A stretch of 64,000 nucleotides of DNA from a virus, in the IMG/VR virus record IMGVR_UViG_3300012984_000012, positions 65,881-129,880 of that record; one strand, written 5' to 3'. Position numbers and translations under genes: made by a program. The notes under the pieces were generated by a model that ran no database searches, was not told the origin of the DNA, and saw only the letters and a list, made by a program, of their open reading frames with translations. Shown here in pieces: positions 18,184 through 27,377 of this stretch; positions within the stretch are counted from its first letter, which is position 1; each line of letters starts with the position of its first letter.

Positions 18184-19326
18184 ATGAAAACGTACCCACT
18201 TTTCAAGGTCCACGTGCCCGTTGACCAGGCCCTCTCGAACATCAAGGACGTGTTCTCTTCGGGTTTCATCAACGAAGGAGAGCAAGTCACCAAGCTGACA
18301 ACTGAGCTGCAACGTGTCTTACGCTCAAACCGACTGATACTGATGAACTCATGCACGTCTGCCTTGACGTTGGCCTTGCACCTTGCAGGCGTTGGCCCAC
18401 GAGATGAAGTGATCGCGACACCCATGACGTGTGTAGCGTCAAACACTCCAATCGCCGCCGCGGGCGCTCGGATCGTGTGGGCTGACATCAACCCAAACAC
18501 AGGCATGATCGATCCTCTCGACATCATCAAAAAAATCACGCATCGAACGAAGGCTGTGATGGCGGTCGCTTGGGCCGGGACCCCTCCTGAGCTCGAGGCC
18601 ATCAAGTCAATCTGTGCCGCCCAAGGAATCAAGCTGATCCTGGACGCCGCTCATGCTTTTGCAGCTGGTTACAAGAAAAAGCCCATACACGAATGGGCTG
18701 ACTACACCTGTTACAGCTTCCAAGCTATCAAGCACTTCACTACTGGCGACGGTGGTGCGTTGATTTGCGCTGACGATGACGACTATCGTCGCTCAAAATC
18801 GTTGAAATGGTTCGGTCTCGATCGTGACCATGCCAAAAACGAAAAAGGCGAGTGGAAAGGCCAACAGTGGGACGTTGACATCGTCGAAATCGGCTACAAG
18901 TTCAACATGAACAACGTCGCAGCAGCGATCGGCCTGGCACAGCTCGACTACATCGACGACATCCTCGGCATGCACCAGTTCCACGCTCATGTATACGACC
19001 TCCTGTTCACAGACAACCGGTTCATCGCTCCTGTCGAGCGCCCACTCGGAGGCGAGTCTAGCTTCTGGGTGTACACCATGAAGGTCAGCAAGGAGTCTTG
19101 TTTGTCACGTGACGAGCTGCTTAAAGCGTTGAACGCTGAAGGCATCATGGCTGGTGTCGTTCACGTGCCCAATGACGATTACACAGCATTTCGTGAGTTC
19201 AAAAGCGACCTGCCTGGCGTCCGTGAGTTCTCATCGAACCAACTCTCGATCCCATGCGGATGGTGGTTGAACAGAGGCGACATTGAACACATCGCCGCTC
19301 GCGTCAAGGGACTGACCCAGCGATGA
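18184..19326 (+). CDS. DegT/DnrJ/EryC1/StrS (PseC-like) sugar aminotransferase
   Basis: NSCTSAL, DAAHAF, SFQAIKHFTTGDGG (PLP Lys), GYKFNM. Confidence 0.93.
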   Translation: MKTYPLFKVHVPVDQALSNIKDVFSSGFINEGEQVTKLTTELQRVLRSNRLILMNSCTSALTLALHLAGVGPRDEVIATPMTCVASNTPIAAAGARIVWADINPNTGMIDPLDIIKKITHRTKAVMAVAWAGTPPELEAIKSICAAQGIKLILDAAHAFAAGYKKKPIHEWADYTCYSFQAIKHFTTGDGGALICADDDDYRRSKSLKWFGLDRDHAKNEKGEWKGQQWDVDIVEIGYKFNMNNVAAAIGLAQLDYIDDILGMHQFHAHVYDLLFTDNRFIAPVERPLGGESSFWVYTMKVSKESCLSRDELLKALNAEGIMAGVVHVPNDDYTAFREFKSDLPGVREFSSNQLSIPCGWWLNRGDIEHIAARVKGLTQR

Positions 19327-19850
19327 ACGTCGTCCCAAACAACATGAAATTGAGAAAAATCGTGGATGACGACCATCCATGGTTGATCGAGTTACACAAC
19401 GACCCACAGGTGTTGCGAAACCTCACGGACCCTAGGCCCATCACGTTGTTCAGTCACGTAGCCTGGTGGCTCAATACGCAAAACAACCCAAGACAACGTC
19501 GGTACATCTTCACCGTCAATGACGAACGAGTCGGCCTGGCTAAGATCAGCGACCTTGACGTCGTCAATTCTAACTGTCTTCTCGGGGGTGACATTCACGT
19601 CCTTCACCGAGGCAAGGGATACGCCAAACACATGTGGTCCCTCTTGCTCGACGTCGTCTTTTTAGAACACGGTCTCAACAGGGCAGGACTGACGACAGCT
19701 GAGTACAACGTCTTGGGCCAGCGCGTCTACCGAGGTCTGGGTTTCAAGGAAGAGGGTCGCCTGATCAAACACCTGTATCGTGACGGAGCGTTTCACGATC
19801 AGATCTGCATGTACATGCTTCGTAGCGATTGGGTGAACCAAGATGAGTAA
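19323..19850 (+). CDS. GNAT N-acetyltransferase (PseH/RimJ-like)
   Basis: HRGKGYA acetyl-CoA motif; N...QRVYRGLGFKEEGRL; follows the aminotransferase. Confidence 0.85.
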   Translation: MNVVPNNMKLRKIVDDDHPWLIELHNDPQVLRNLTDPRPITLFSHVAWWLNTQNNPRQRRYIFTVNDERVGLAKISDLDVVNSNCLLGGDIHVLHRGKGYAKHMWSLLLDVVFLEHGLNRAGLTTAEYNVLGQRVYRGLGFKEEGRLIKHLYRDGAFHDQICMYMLRSDWVNQDE

Positions 19851-20586
19851 AGAGACACCGGTAATCTTTGTTGGTACGATGCATTGCGGCGAGGGCGACT
19901 TCAAGGAGTGTTGCAAGGCGATCGCAGCCCAACGCGGTGTGGCCATCACGCATACGGTCATTGCCAACCAGCCTGAAAGAGAGGCACACAATCGCCTGTG
20001 GCAATCGTGGCGTGATTGCAAGGATTCACATGACGTCTTCGTCAAGGTCGACGCTGACACCGTGTTACGATCGCCTGACACGCTGAGGCTGATCTACGAT
20101 CAGTTCAAAAACGATGCTCGGGTGACAGGTCTCCAGGCTCCCTTGCACGATTACATGACTGACGGTCACATCAATGGTCTCAATGCGTTCAGTCCCAGGG
20201 TGACGTTCAATGACACCAAGGACGACCTGTATTGCGACCGAGCTGTCGACACCGGTCACGACCTGGTCTTGCGTGAAAAACTGTTGCCGTTGGACCTGGT
20301 GCCTGCCGGAAATCACTGTCACTTCTCTTCTGAGATCCAAGCCTTCCATTATGGCGTTCACCGGATGCTGAAAGGACAGGTCAACGTCATGGATCGTGTC
20401 TTCAATGCATGGAGCAAGCACCAAGATCGAGTTCGCCTCTTTGCTCTCATCGGAGCCCACATGGCAAACAGATTCGCGAACAACAGGCGATACAACTACA
20501 CGGACCCAGAGCTCGTGACCTCGTTTGACGAGGCGACCTCGAGGTTCGATGAACTTCAAGCGAACTATGGAGCTCTCGTCAAATGA
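19843..20586 (+). CDS. GT-A-like protein
   Basis: FVKVDADT DxD motif; operon context. Confidence 0.6.
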   Translation: MSKETPVIFVGTMHCGEGDFKECCKAIAAQRGVAITHTVIANQPEREAHNRLWQSWRDCKDSHDVFVKVDADTVLRSPDTLRLIYDQFKNDARVTGLQAPLHDYMTDGHINGLNAFSPRVTFNDTKDDLYCDRAVDTGHDLVLREKLLPLDLVPAGNHCHFSSEIQAFHYGVHRMLKGQVNVMDRVFNAWSKHQDRVRLFALIGAHMANRFANNRRYNYTDPELVTSFDEATSRFDELQANYGALVK

Positions 20587-21536
20587 CAAAACACGTCTTT
20601 GCGCTCGTCGCGGGCTCAGGCAACGTCACGGGATACGGCGTCATCTCAGCGATACACCAGGCGAAGTGGCCCGTGCCGCTCAAAAACCTTGTCGTCGGTT
20701 ACGATTGCTGTGAACCAGAGGCCAACCCCTCGAACCAGTTTTGCGAGAACTTTCAGGTGCCTCGTGCATCTGACATCTCCAACTACGCGCAGTGGGTCAT
20801 GACCTTAGTACGGGAGTTTCGACCCAGGGTCATAATCCCCAGCAATGATCACGATCTTCGGGCGTTGCTCACGCTTGAGAACGATCTGAAAGATCACGGT
20901 GTGACGCTTAACGGCGTTGGGCCCAACACCCATCACTTTCTTGACAAGCTTGCGACGGCTCGCTTGTTTGTCGATCACGAGATCCGAACGCCCGCTATCA
21001 TATGCGACAATCCAGCGAGACACCCGTACGTGGTTCGCAAGCGTCACGTAGGAACGGGTAAGAAATTCACATACGTCTCTAAAAAAGTTGAAGACGATAG
21101 ATCGATCCCGTGGGAAAGAATTCACGAATCTATCATTACCAAATTCATCGAAGGTGAAGAGTACACCATCGACATTTTGTGTGACCAACACTCTAACGTG
21201 TTGTCGATAGTGCCACGCTTGCGTCGACAGGTGACCGCTGGAATCGTGACGTTCGCGGAGATCGTCAATAATCAAACCATCATTGAGAGGTCAAGAGACC
21301 TAGCGACGCGCTTGCAACTGCGAGGTCTCAACTGCGTCCAGTGCATCAAGAACGATCAAGACGTCTATTTCTTTGAGGTCAATCCACGCCCAGGCAGCGG
21401 GATGAGCCTGACGACCGCCGCAGGCGTCAACATGCCCAGCCTCTGGATCAGGTCACTATCACAAACAGTCGTTGCACCAGAACCCGAGTGGGGGATGAAG
21501 ATGGTGCGCTACCACGCAGGCAGGTACTTCAAGTGA
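20583..21536 (+). CDS. ATP-grasp enzyme (carbamoyl-phosphate-synthase-like, sugar-cluster type)
   Basis: LDKLAT, FIEGEEYTID, FEVNPR, AAGVN. Confidence 0.85.
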   Translation: MTKHVFALVAGSGNVTGYGVISAIHQAKWPVPLKNLVVGYDCCEPEANPSNQFCENFQVPRASDISNYAQWVMTLVREFRPRVIIPSNDHDLRALLTLENDLKDHGVTLNGVGPNTHHFLDKLATARLFVDHEIRTPAIICDNPARHPYVVRKRHVGTGKKFTYVSKKVEDDRSIPWERIHESIITKFIEGEEYTIDILCDQHSNVLSIVPRLRRQVTAGIVTFAEIVNNQTIIERSRDLATRLQLRGLNCVQCIKNDQDVYFFEVNPRPGSGMSLTTAAGVNMPSLWIRSLSQTVVAPEPEWGMKMVRYHAGRYFK

Positions 21537-22150
21537 AAAAGCTCGTCCTAGACTTTGATGGTACGTTGGTCGATGCCTCACGGCGCGACTACATGCTGTA
21601 CCATGACATCCTGAACGTCTTGCTCAGGCCCGCTCTGACGTTTGAGGAGTACTGGCCTGAGCGTCGCGAGGCTCGAGACATCAACGAGCTGTTAGCGCTT
21701 TCAGGTTGTTCGAGGTCTGACGTCAGTGATTTTCTCGAAATGAGACGTCAGCTCTCCGAGTGCAAGCGCTACCAGAGGTTTGACGTCCCTCTTCCTAACG
21801 TGAAGAACACGTTATCGCTGCTCTCATGCGAGTTTGAATGTTGCGTCGTCACCGCTCGCGTGAACTACAAGAACTTCATTGACGAGCTCGTGAACACTGG
21901 CTTGAACACCTACGTCACGAGAGCGGTTCACACGTCAGGTCCCAAGCTCGAGACCATCAGGTCGCTGAGCGACGTCGTTGCCGTGGTCGGAGACACCGAA
22001 CACGACATCCTGCCAGCGAAAGAGCTTGGGATAAGGTCGATCGGCCTGACAACGGGGATCAGGTCTGAGCGCTTTTTACGAGGTCTCGGCGCCGACGTGG
22101 TGCTCAATGACTTCGCGGACGTACCACATGCGATTAGTTCAGCTCGTTGA
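21533..22150 (+). CDS. HAD-family phosphatase
   Basis: GTG start 21533; LDFDGTLVD, VTAR, VGDTEHD. Confidence 0.85.
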   Translation: MKKLVLDFDGTLVDASRRDYMLYHDILNVLLRPALTFEEYWPERREARDINELLALSGCSRSDVSDFLEMRRQLSECKRYQRFDVPLPNVKNTLSLLSCEFECCVVTARVNYKNFIDELVNTGLNTYVTRAVHTSGPKLETIRSLSDVVAVVGDTEHDILPAKELGIRSIGLTTGIRSERFLRGLGADVVLNDFADVPHAISSAR

Positions 22151-23027
22151 CACGAGAGCCTACGCTCAAAGCAACTGCTGGCAACACCAGCTGCTTTCTT
22201 GCCTGCGTTCGCAATGTGACGATCACCTGATCATCGAGGCCAACAGCCTGTCGCAACACAACTTCGTCATGCCCAAAGCTGACGTGTACCTGTCTACGCT
22301 CAAGCTTCGAACGCTAAACCGAACCCGTGAAAGGATCCAACGGTGCTTGAATGATCGACTGTTGTACGTATACGATCAGGACCCATGGGAAAACTTCATT
22401 GATCAAGGTTCCTGTCACGGCACGTACGAGTGGTTTCGAGAGAACGTTAACGTCGGATCGTTCATCCTGACGTCAAGGTGGTGGACCGATTACGTGGCCT
22501 CTCTGGGCTTTAAGACGACATTCACGCAGATGTGGTTGGATTCCTCATTATGTGATTACGGGATTACGTGGCAGTCACGTCCGGTCACCGTGGGCTTCAT
22601 GGGAACCCTACATCCCTATCGTAAAAGGTCGATAGAAGAGTTGCAAAAGATGAACGTAGAAGTGAAAGTCTTTTCGTCAAAGGGTTACGGAGACTACCTC
22701 AAGACCGTCTCTCAGATGAAGTTTTTCTTTCACGAAGAGGCCCAATCGTCCTGGACGATCAGGGGCGTCCCAGTCGGACAAAACGCCCTGTGGGCAAAAG
22801 AGATTGAGATCGCGGCACAAGGATGCTTTCCGTTACGACAGTACGAACCTGAGGCAGAAGCGTACTTCGCTTCTCAGATCCCAGGGATCAAGACCTTTCA
22901 ATCTATCAATGACGTTCCTGGGATCATTCAACAGGCGCTTAACGATCCGTTAGCGAACGAGCGCTCACGAGCGTCAGTGGACTTCATCAAGTCACATCGA
23001 GGTTGGTTTTCGTTGTCCGACCTCTGA
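22128..23027 (+). CDS. GT-B-like (CgeB-type) protein
   Basis: YDQDPW, VGFMGTLHPYR, E.AAQGCF; operon context. Confidence 0.6.
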   Translation: MRLVQLVDTRAYAQSNCWQHQLLSCLRSQCDDHLIIEANSLSQHNFVMPKADVYLSTLKLRTLNRTRERIQRCLNDRLLYVYDQDPWENFIDQGSCHGTYEWFRENVNVGSFILTSRWWTDYVASLGFKTTFTQMWLDSSLCDYGITWQSRPVTVGFMGTLHPYRKRSIEELQKMNVEVKVFSSKGYGDYLKTVSQMKFFFHEEAQSSWTIRGVPVGQNALWAKEIEIAAQGCFPLRQYEPEAEAYFASQIPGIKTFQSINDVPGIIQQALNDPLANERSRASVDFIKSHRGWFSLSDL

Positions 23028-23047
23028 TCAAGGGATAAGATGGCAGC

Positions 23048-24052
23048 ATGAAAAGCGTCGCAGTCATAGGCCAAGGTTTCGTCGGAGGATCATTAACGAC
23101 CGTCCTTTCTGAGCGTGGACTGAAGGTCTACACGTTTGACATTACCGGTCGACAGGCCACGGGTGGAACACACCCGAAGGAAAAGATCGTTCAATCTCCA
23201 GTTGTGATGGGTCCAGGACCAGCTCTCTATTGGAATGAGCCAATTCCCGCCGCCACGCTCACCGAATTCGTCCAGCTTTGTGAAGCGTCATCGTCATTTT
23301 CTGGGATCTTTTTCGTCTGTCTTCCGACTCCGATGTACGAAGGCGGTGCAGCCGACGTTTCGATCGTCGAAGAAACGCTGAAAAGTCTAGCATCAATTCC
23401 GAGCCCGGCGAGCTTGCGACGCATCGCTGTCATCAAAAGCACGGTCCCGCCTGGTTCTACTGAGCGATGGAACAGCCTGTTTGAGTTCACAAAACTTCGG
23501 GTCGTTTTCAATCCAGAGTTCTTACGAGAGGCGACAGCGCTTGACGACATGCGCAACCAATCGCGCATCATCCTCGGAGGACCACGACCTTACATCAACA
23601 AGGTCAAGCAGCTGTTTGAAGGCGCGTTTCCCAACGTTCCTGTCATCAAGACATCGTCAACGACGGCAGAAATGGTCAAGTACGTGACGAACGTTCACCT
23701 CGCTGTCAAGGTCGCGCTAGCGAACGAGTTCTATCAGATCTGCGAGAACCTCGACGCAGCGGGAGCGAACATCGATTATGACAAAGTCGTTGAGTATGCC
23801 TTGCACGACCAACGCCTGGGTAGCTCACACTGGAAGGTCCCAGGGCCCATGCCTGCTGACGACTCGGGCGATCCGGCGTTTGGGTTTGGAGGCAGTTGTT
23901 TCGTCAAGGACATCAACGCCTTGATGCATGTCGCCCGAAAGCTCGGCATCGATCCCAAGGTCATGTCAGGTGCCTGGGAGAAGAACCTCGAGGTCAGGCC
24001 ACAACGTGATTGGGAGAGGCTTGTCGGGCGAGCGATCAGCAAGAAGCCTTAG
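23048..24052 (+). CDS. UDP-glucose/GDP-mannose dehydrogenase family, lacking the C-terminal UDP-binding domain
   Basis: GQGFVG, CLPTP, KSTVPPG, NPEFLRE, AEMVKY, GFGGSCFVKD; ends after the central domain. Confidence 0.9.
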   Translation: MKSVAVIGQGFVGGSLTTVLSERGLKVYTFDITGRQATGGTHPKEKIVQSPVVMGPGPALYWNEPIPAATLTEFVQLCEASSSFSGIFFVCLPTPMYEGGAADVSIVEETLKSLASIPSPASLRRIAVIKSTVPPGSTERWNSLFEFTKLRVVFNPEFLREATALDDMRNQSRIILGGPRPYINKVKQLFEGAFPNVPVIKTSSTTAEMVKYVTNVHLAVKVALANEFYQICENLDAAGANIDYDKVVEYALHDQRLGSSHWKVPGPMPADDSGDPAFGFGGSCFVKDINALMHVARKLGIDPKVMSGAWEKNLEVRPQRDWERLVGRAISKKP

Positions 24053-24423
24053 TTCGAGCTGATGCCGAGCACGTTGGTCGCAAATTCAGTCGCGATTTCT
24101 TCGGGATCAGTGATGAATATCTCTTGAGGATCCATCTTCTCAATGAACGGCAAGAGCTCGTGAACGACGCGCTTCTTGTTAGCTGCGTCTGAGGTCACGC
24201 CTGTCGCAGACAGGATCTTTTCGACCTGTTTTGCTTTAACCTTCGCTGGAGAGCTGACACCACTCGTTTCTTTGGCGCGAGAGCTACCCCAATGAGGGTG
24301 CTTTGCAGCAAGCGTTTTTTCATTGGGATCTAAGTCAGAGGAGATTGTCGGTCGTTGCACAGGCATCTCTTCCTTCAAGACTTCCCTGACAACGCGACGC
24401 AATTCCTTAAGCGGTACTCTCAT
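24049..24423 (-). CDS. Hypothetical protein, possible internal head protein
   Basis: N-terminus MRVPLKELRRVVREVLKEE; CCTATTTAA motif immediately upstream. Confidence 0.65.
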   Translation of the reverse strand: MRVPLKELRRVVREVLKEEMPVQRPTISSDLDPNEKTLAAKHPHWGSSRAKETSGVSSPAKVKAKQVEKILSATGVTSDAANKKRVVHELLPFIEKMDPQEIFITDPEEIATEFATNVLGISSN

Positions 24424-24522
24424 GACTTTAAATAGGTGTACACTGTCTCTTGAGTTGAATACTCTATTGTCAGATGGTACATTGCCATCCTGACTTAGAC
24501 CCAGTGAGGGTTGTCAGAACTT

Positions 24523-24535
24523 ACACGGAGAGTGT
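24523..24535 (+). promoter_or_regulatory. 13-mer ACACGGAGAGTGT (SD in a hairpin loop), copy 1
   Basis: Identical copy at 25905-25917 in front of NAMPT. Confidence 0.6.
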
Positions 24536-24536
24536 C

Positions 24537-25550
24537 ATGCACGAGTTTGGGATTTACATCGGACGTTTTCAACCTGCGCACCTCGCTCACATCGCGACTG
24601 TGCGTTTTGCGCTTTCTCAGGCCAAGCGTGTCCTGATCGTCATCGGTAGCGACAACCAAGCAAGAACGATCAAGAACCCATGGACGACTGCTGAGCGCAT
24701 TGCCATGATTGTCGGCGCTCTCACCCTCGAAGAGCAAGGTAGGATCACCTTCATCCCGATGCGTGATTACCTCTACAACGACAACCTCTGGATCGCTGAG
24801 ATCCAACGCACCATCACGGCACACACCGGTCCCTCAAAGGACGTCGTCCTCATCGGTCACGAAAAGGACGCTTCAAGCTTTTACTTGAAGCTGTTTCCTC
24901 AATGGACACTCATCCAGTCTGGTGTGAACATGCCAGGCGTTGACGCGACCAAGATCAGGGAGCTCATGTTTTCGCTCGACAAGATCGGCATCAAAAACTT
25001 CCTCCCAGAGAGCATTTACAACGACGTGTGTCACTTCATGGAAATGCCTGAATTCGACAGGCTCCATGCTGAGCACCACCACATCAAAGACTATAGGTCG
25101 CAGTGGGATAGCGCTCCATTTGCACCGATGTTCGTCACGGTCGATGCGATCTGCGTCTGCAGCGGTCACGTCTTGGTCGTACGAAGGGGAGGCGAACTCG
25201 GAAGGGGCCTAATCGCATTACCTGGCGGTTATCTCAACGGAAACGAACGAATCGTCGATGGCGCGGTACGTGAGCTTAAGGAGGAGACGGCGATCAAGAT
25301 GCCCGCTCTCGAACTCAAGAAACTCATCGTTGATGAAAAGGTGTTCGATCACCCGAACAGGTCGCTTCGCGGGCGCACGATCACACATGCGTTTTGCATC
25401 AATTTGGGTCGTGGCGAGCTTCCCAAGGTAAAAGGTTCAGACGACGCCGATAAGGCGTGGTGGATGCCTCTCGACACGGTGTACTCGCAAGAGGCAAGTT
25501 TCTTCGAGGATCACTTTCACATCATCACGTACTTCATCAACAGGATCTGA
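24537..25550 (+). CDS. nadM: Bifunctional NMN adenylyltransferase / Nudix ADP-ribose pyrophosphatase
   Basis: IGRFQPAHLAH, KNPWT..ER, DYLYND..W, GHEKDASSFYL..FPQW; Nudix box PGG...E....A.RELKEET; SDDA; alternative start at 24474. Confidence 0.93.
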   Translation: MHEFGIYIGRFQPAHLAHIATVRFALSQAKRVLIVIGSDNQARTIKNPWTTAERIAMIVGALTLEEQGRITFIPMRDYLYNDNLWIAEIQRTITAHTGPSKDVVLIGHEKDASSFYLKLFPQWTLIQSGVNMPGVDATKIRELMFSLDKIGIKNFLPESIYNDVCHFMEMPEFDRLHAEHHHIKDYRSQWDSAPFAPMFVTVDAICVCSGHVLVVRRGGELGRGLIALPGGYLNGNERIVDGAVRELKEETAIKMPALELKKLIVDEKVFDHPNRSLRGRTITHAFCINLGRGELPKVKGSDDADKAWWMPLDTVYSQEASFFEDHFHIITYFINRI

Positions 25551-25927
25551 TGAAACACCTGACTTGTTTCGTCGCTGGGCCATACTCGTCCAAGTACGGT
25601 TGGCCGGGCAGGGTCTATAATGTCGCCAAGATGCTGGTGTTCGTCCGTCGCATCCTGAAGATGGGAATCATGCCAATCGGTCCGAACGCCATGTACTTTT
25701 GGTTCTCAAAGTGCCAGCCTTACGAGTTCTGGCTGCCAGGGACCCGAAGCATCCAAGAGAAGTGTGACGTCATCTTTTTCATCCCGGGTTGGAAGGTCTC
25801 TGGCGGCGCTCGTCAGGAATATGAGCACGCAGAATCAATCAGCCAACCCATCTTCACATCGCTACTGTCGCTAAAGGTCTTCAGTGAGAGGACCTCATCA
25901 CAAAACACGGAGAGTGTGTCATCATGA
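25550..25927 (+). CDS. DUF4406 / nucleoside-deoxyribosyltransferase-like protein
   Basis: FVAGPY...CDVIFFIPGWKVSGGARQE. Confidence 0.7.
   Translation: MKHLTCFVAGPYSSKYGWPGRVYNVAKMLVFVRRILKMGIMPIGPNAMYFWFSKCQPYEFWLPGTRSIQEKCDVIFFIPGWKVSGGARQEYEHAESISQPIFTSLLSLKVFSERTSSQNTESVSS
25905..25917 (+). promoter_or_regulatory. 13-mer ACACGGAGAGTGT, copy 2
   Basis: Identical to 24523-24535. Confidence 0.6.
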
Positions 25928-27363
25928 AATACGCAAGAAAAAAGGACCTGGTCCTCAACAACATCAACGATACCGACAGCTATAAGTTCAGTCACTACCT
26001 TCTGTACCCAGACGACATGGAGTACATGGAGAGTTACTTCGAATCCCGAGGCGGCGAGTTCGATGAGTGCACCCTGTTTGGGATGCAGTACATCTGTCAC
26101 AAGTACCTCTCGAAGAAGATCACGTTGGAGGACATCAGCGAGATCGAGCGCGATGCGCTAGCACATGGCGAACCTTTCAATCTCGCGGGATGGCTTCACA
26201 TTCTGGACAAGTACGACGGTAACCTGCCTGTGACGATCCGAGGCATCCCTGAAGGCATGATCGTGCCGGTCAAGAACGCCATCCTCGTCGTCAGAAGTCC
26301 CAGGGATAAGAGGTGTGCTTGGATCACCAATTGGATCGAGACGCTGCTGACGCGTGTTTGGTACCCGTCTGTCGTCGCCATCGGTAGCCGCGAGGTCAAG
26401 AAAGTCTGGCTGCACTACCTCCAGCTGTCCAGTGACGACCCAGCCGCAGAAATCTCTTTTAAGCACCACGATTTTGGCGGTCGTGGTGTCACGTGTCAAG
26501 AACAGGCGATGCTCGGCGGGGGAGCCCACTTGATGAGCTTCTTGGGCAGCGACACCATGGCAGGCATCAAGTGGGTGAATCACTACTACGATTGCTTGAT
26601 GTCAGGATTCTCGATCCCAGCGACCGAACACTCCACGATGACGATCCGCGGCGAGGAAAACGAAGAGGAGACTGTCGTCACCTGGGTCACCAAGACGCTC
26701 GTCGAGCGCCAGGTCCCAACCGGGATGCCCAAGCTTTCTGCTTGCGTGGGCGACAGCTGGAACATGTTCAGGTTCACGAGGATGGTCTGCCAACCTCGCA
26801 TCCGAGAGCTCGTCAAAGGTTCTGGTGGCACTCTCATCGTCCGCCCGGACAGCGGTGACCCGGTCACCACGCTTCAAAAGATCTTCGACATCTTCGAAGA
26901 GTGCCTGCCTGAAGGTGAGATCACCGTCAATCGCAAGGGTTACAAGGTTTTACCAGATTACTTCAGGATCATCTGGGGCGATGGCATCAACCGTCGTTCG
27001 ATGAAGAAGATCCTACAAACAGTCGTTGACTATGGTTGGAGCGTGTCGAACATCGCTCTAGGTTCGGGTGGAGGCCTGCTCATGGATTTCAATCGTGACA
27101 CCCAGAAGCATGCCTTCAAGTGTTGCGCAGCCTGGGTCGGCGGGCGGTTGGTGCGGGTCTCGAAGAACCCAATCACCGATCCTGGCAAGAGGTCGAAAGA
27201 AGGTCGTCTAGACCTGATCAGGACTGAGAATGGTTTTGAGACCGTCATCCTCGACGATGGCGTCGACGTGCACCCGAATAGCGTCTACGTCACGTACTTT
27301 GACATCGGCGATATCTGTTACAACACTACGGCAGACGAAGTTCGTGCCCGTATGGCAATCTGA
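25924..27363 (+). CDS. nadV: Nicotinamide phosphoribosyltransferase (NAMPT)
   Basis: TDSYKFSH, YFESRGG, WYPS, HDFGGRG, SIPATEHS, RPDSGDP, GDG, GSGGGLL, NRDT, DPGKRSKEGR. Confidence 0.93.
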   Translation: MKYARKKDLVLNNINDTDSYKFSHYLLYPDDMEYMESYFESRGGEFDECTLFGMQYICHKYLSKKITLEDISEIERDALAHGEPFNLAGWLHILDKYDGNLPVTIRGIPEGMIVPVKNAILVVRSPRDKRCAWITNWIETLLTRVWYPSVVAIGSREVKKVWLHYLQLSSDDPAAEISFKHHDFGGRGVTCQEQAMLGGGAHLMSFLGSDTMAGIKWVNHYYDCLMSGFSIPATEHSTMTIRGEENEEETVVTWVTKTLVERQVPTGMPKLSACVGDSWNMFRFTRMVCQPRIRELVKGSGGTLIVRPDSGDPVTTLQKIFDIFEECLPEGEITVNRKGYKVLPDYFRIIWGDGINRRSMKKILQTVVDYGWSVSNIALGSGGGLLMDFNRDTQKHAFKCCAAWVGGRLVRVSKNPITDPGKRSKEGRLDLIRTENGFETVILDDGVDVHPNSVYVTYFDIGDICYNTTADEVRARMAI

Positions 27364-27377
27364 AACGGACAAACAAA

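Noticed and set aside
17154-19850. Complete pseudaminic acid pathway
   Set aside because: No PseG hydrolase, PseI synthase or PseF cytidylyltransferase recognisable in the window; product stereochemistry cannot be read from sequence, so pse gene symbols were not assigned
24537-27363. NARP1 (Adps + Namat) pathway
   Set aside because: No PRPP-synthetase-like Adps gene is adjacent; the partner is an NMNAT-Nudix, which fits the NAMPT/NMNAT route
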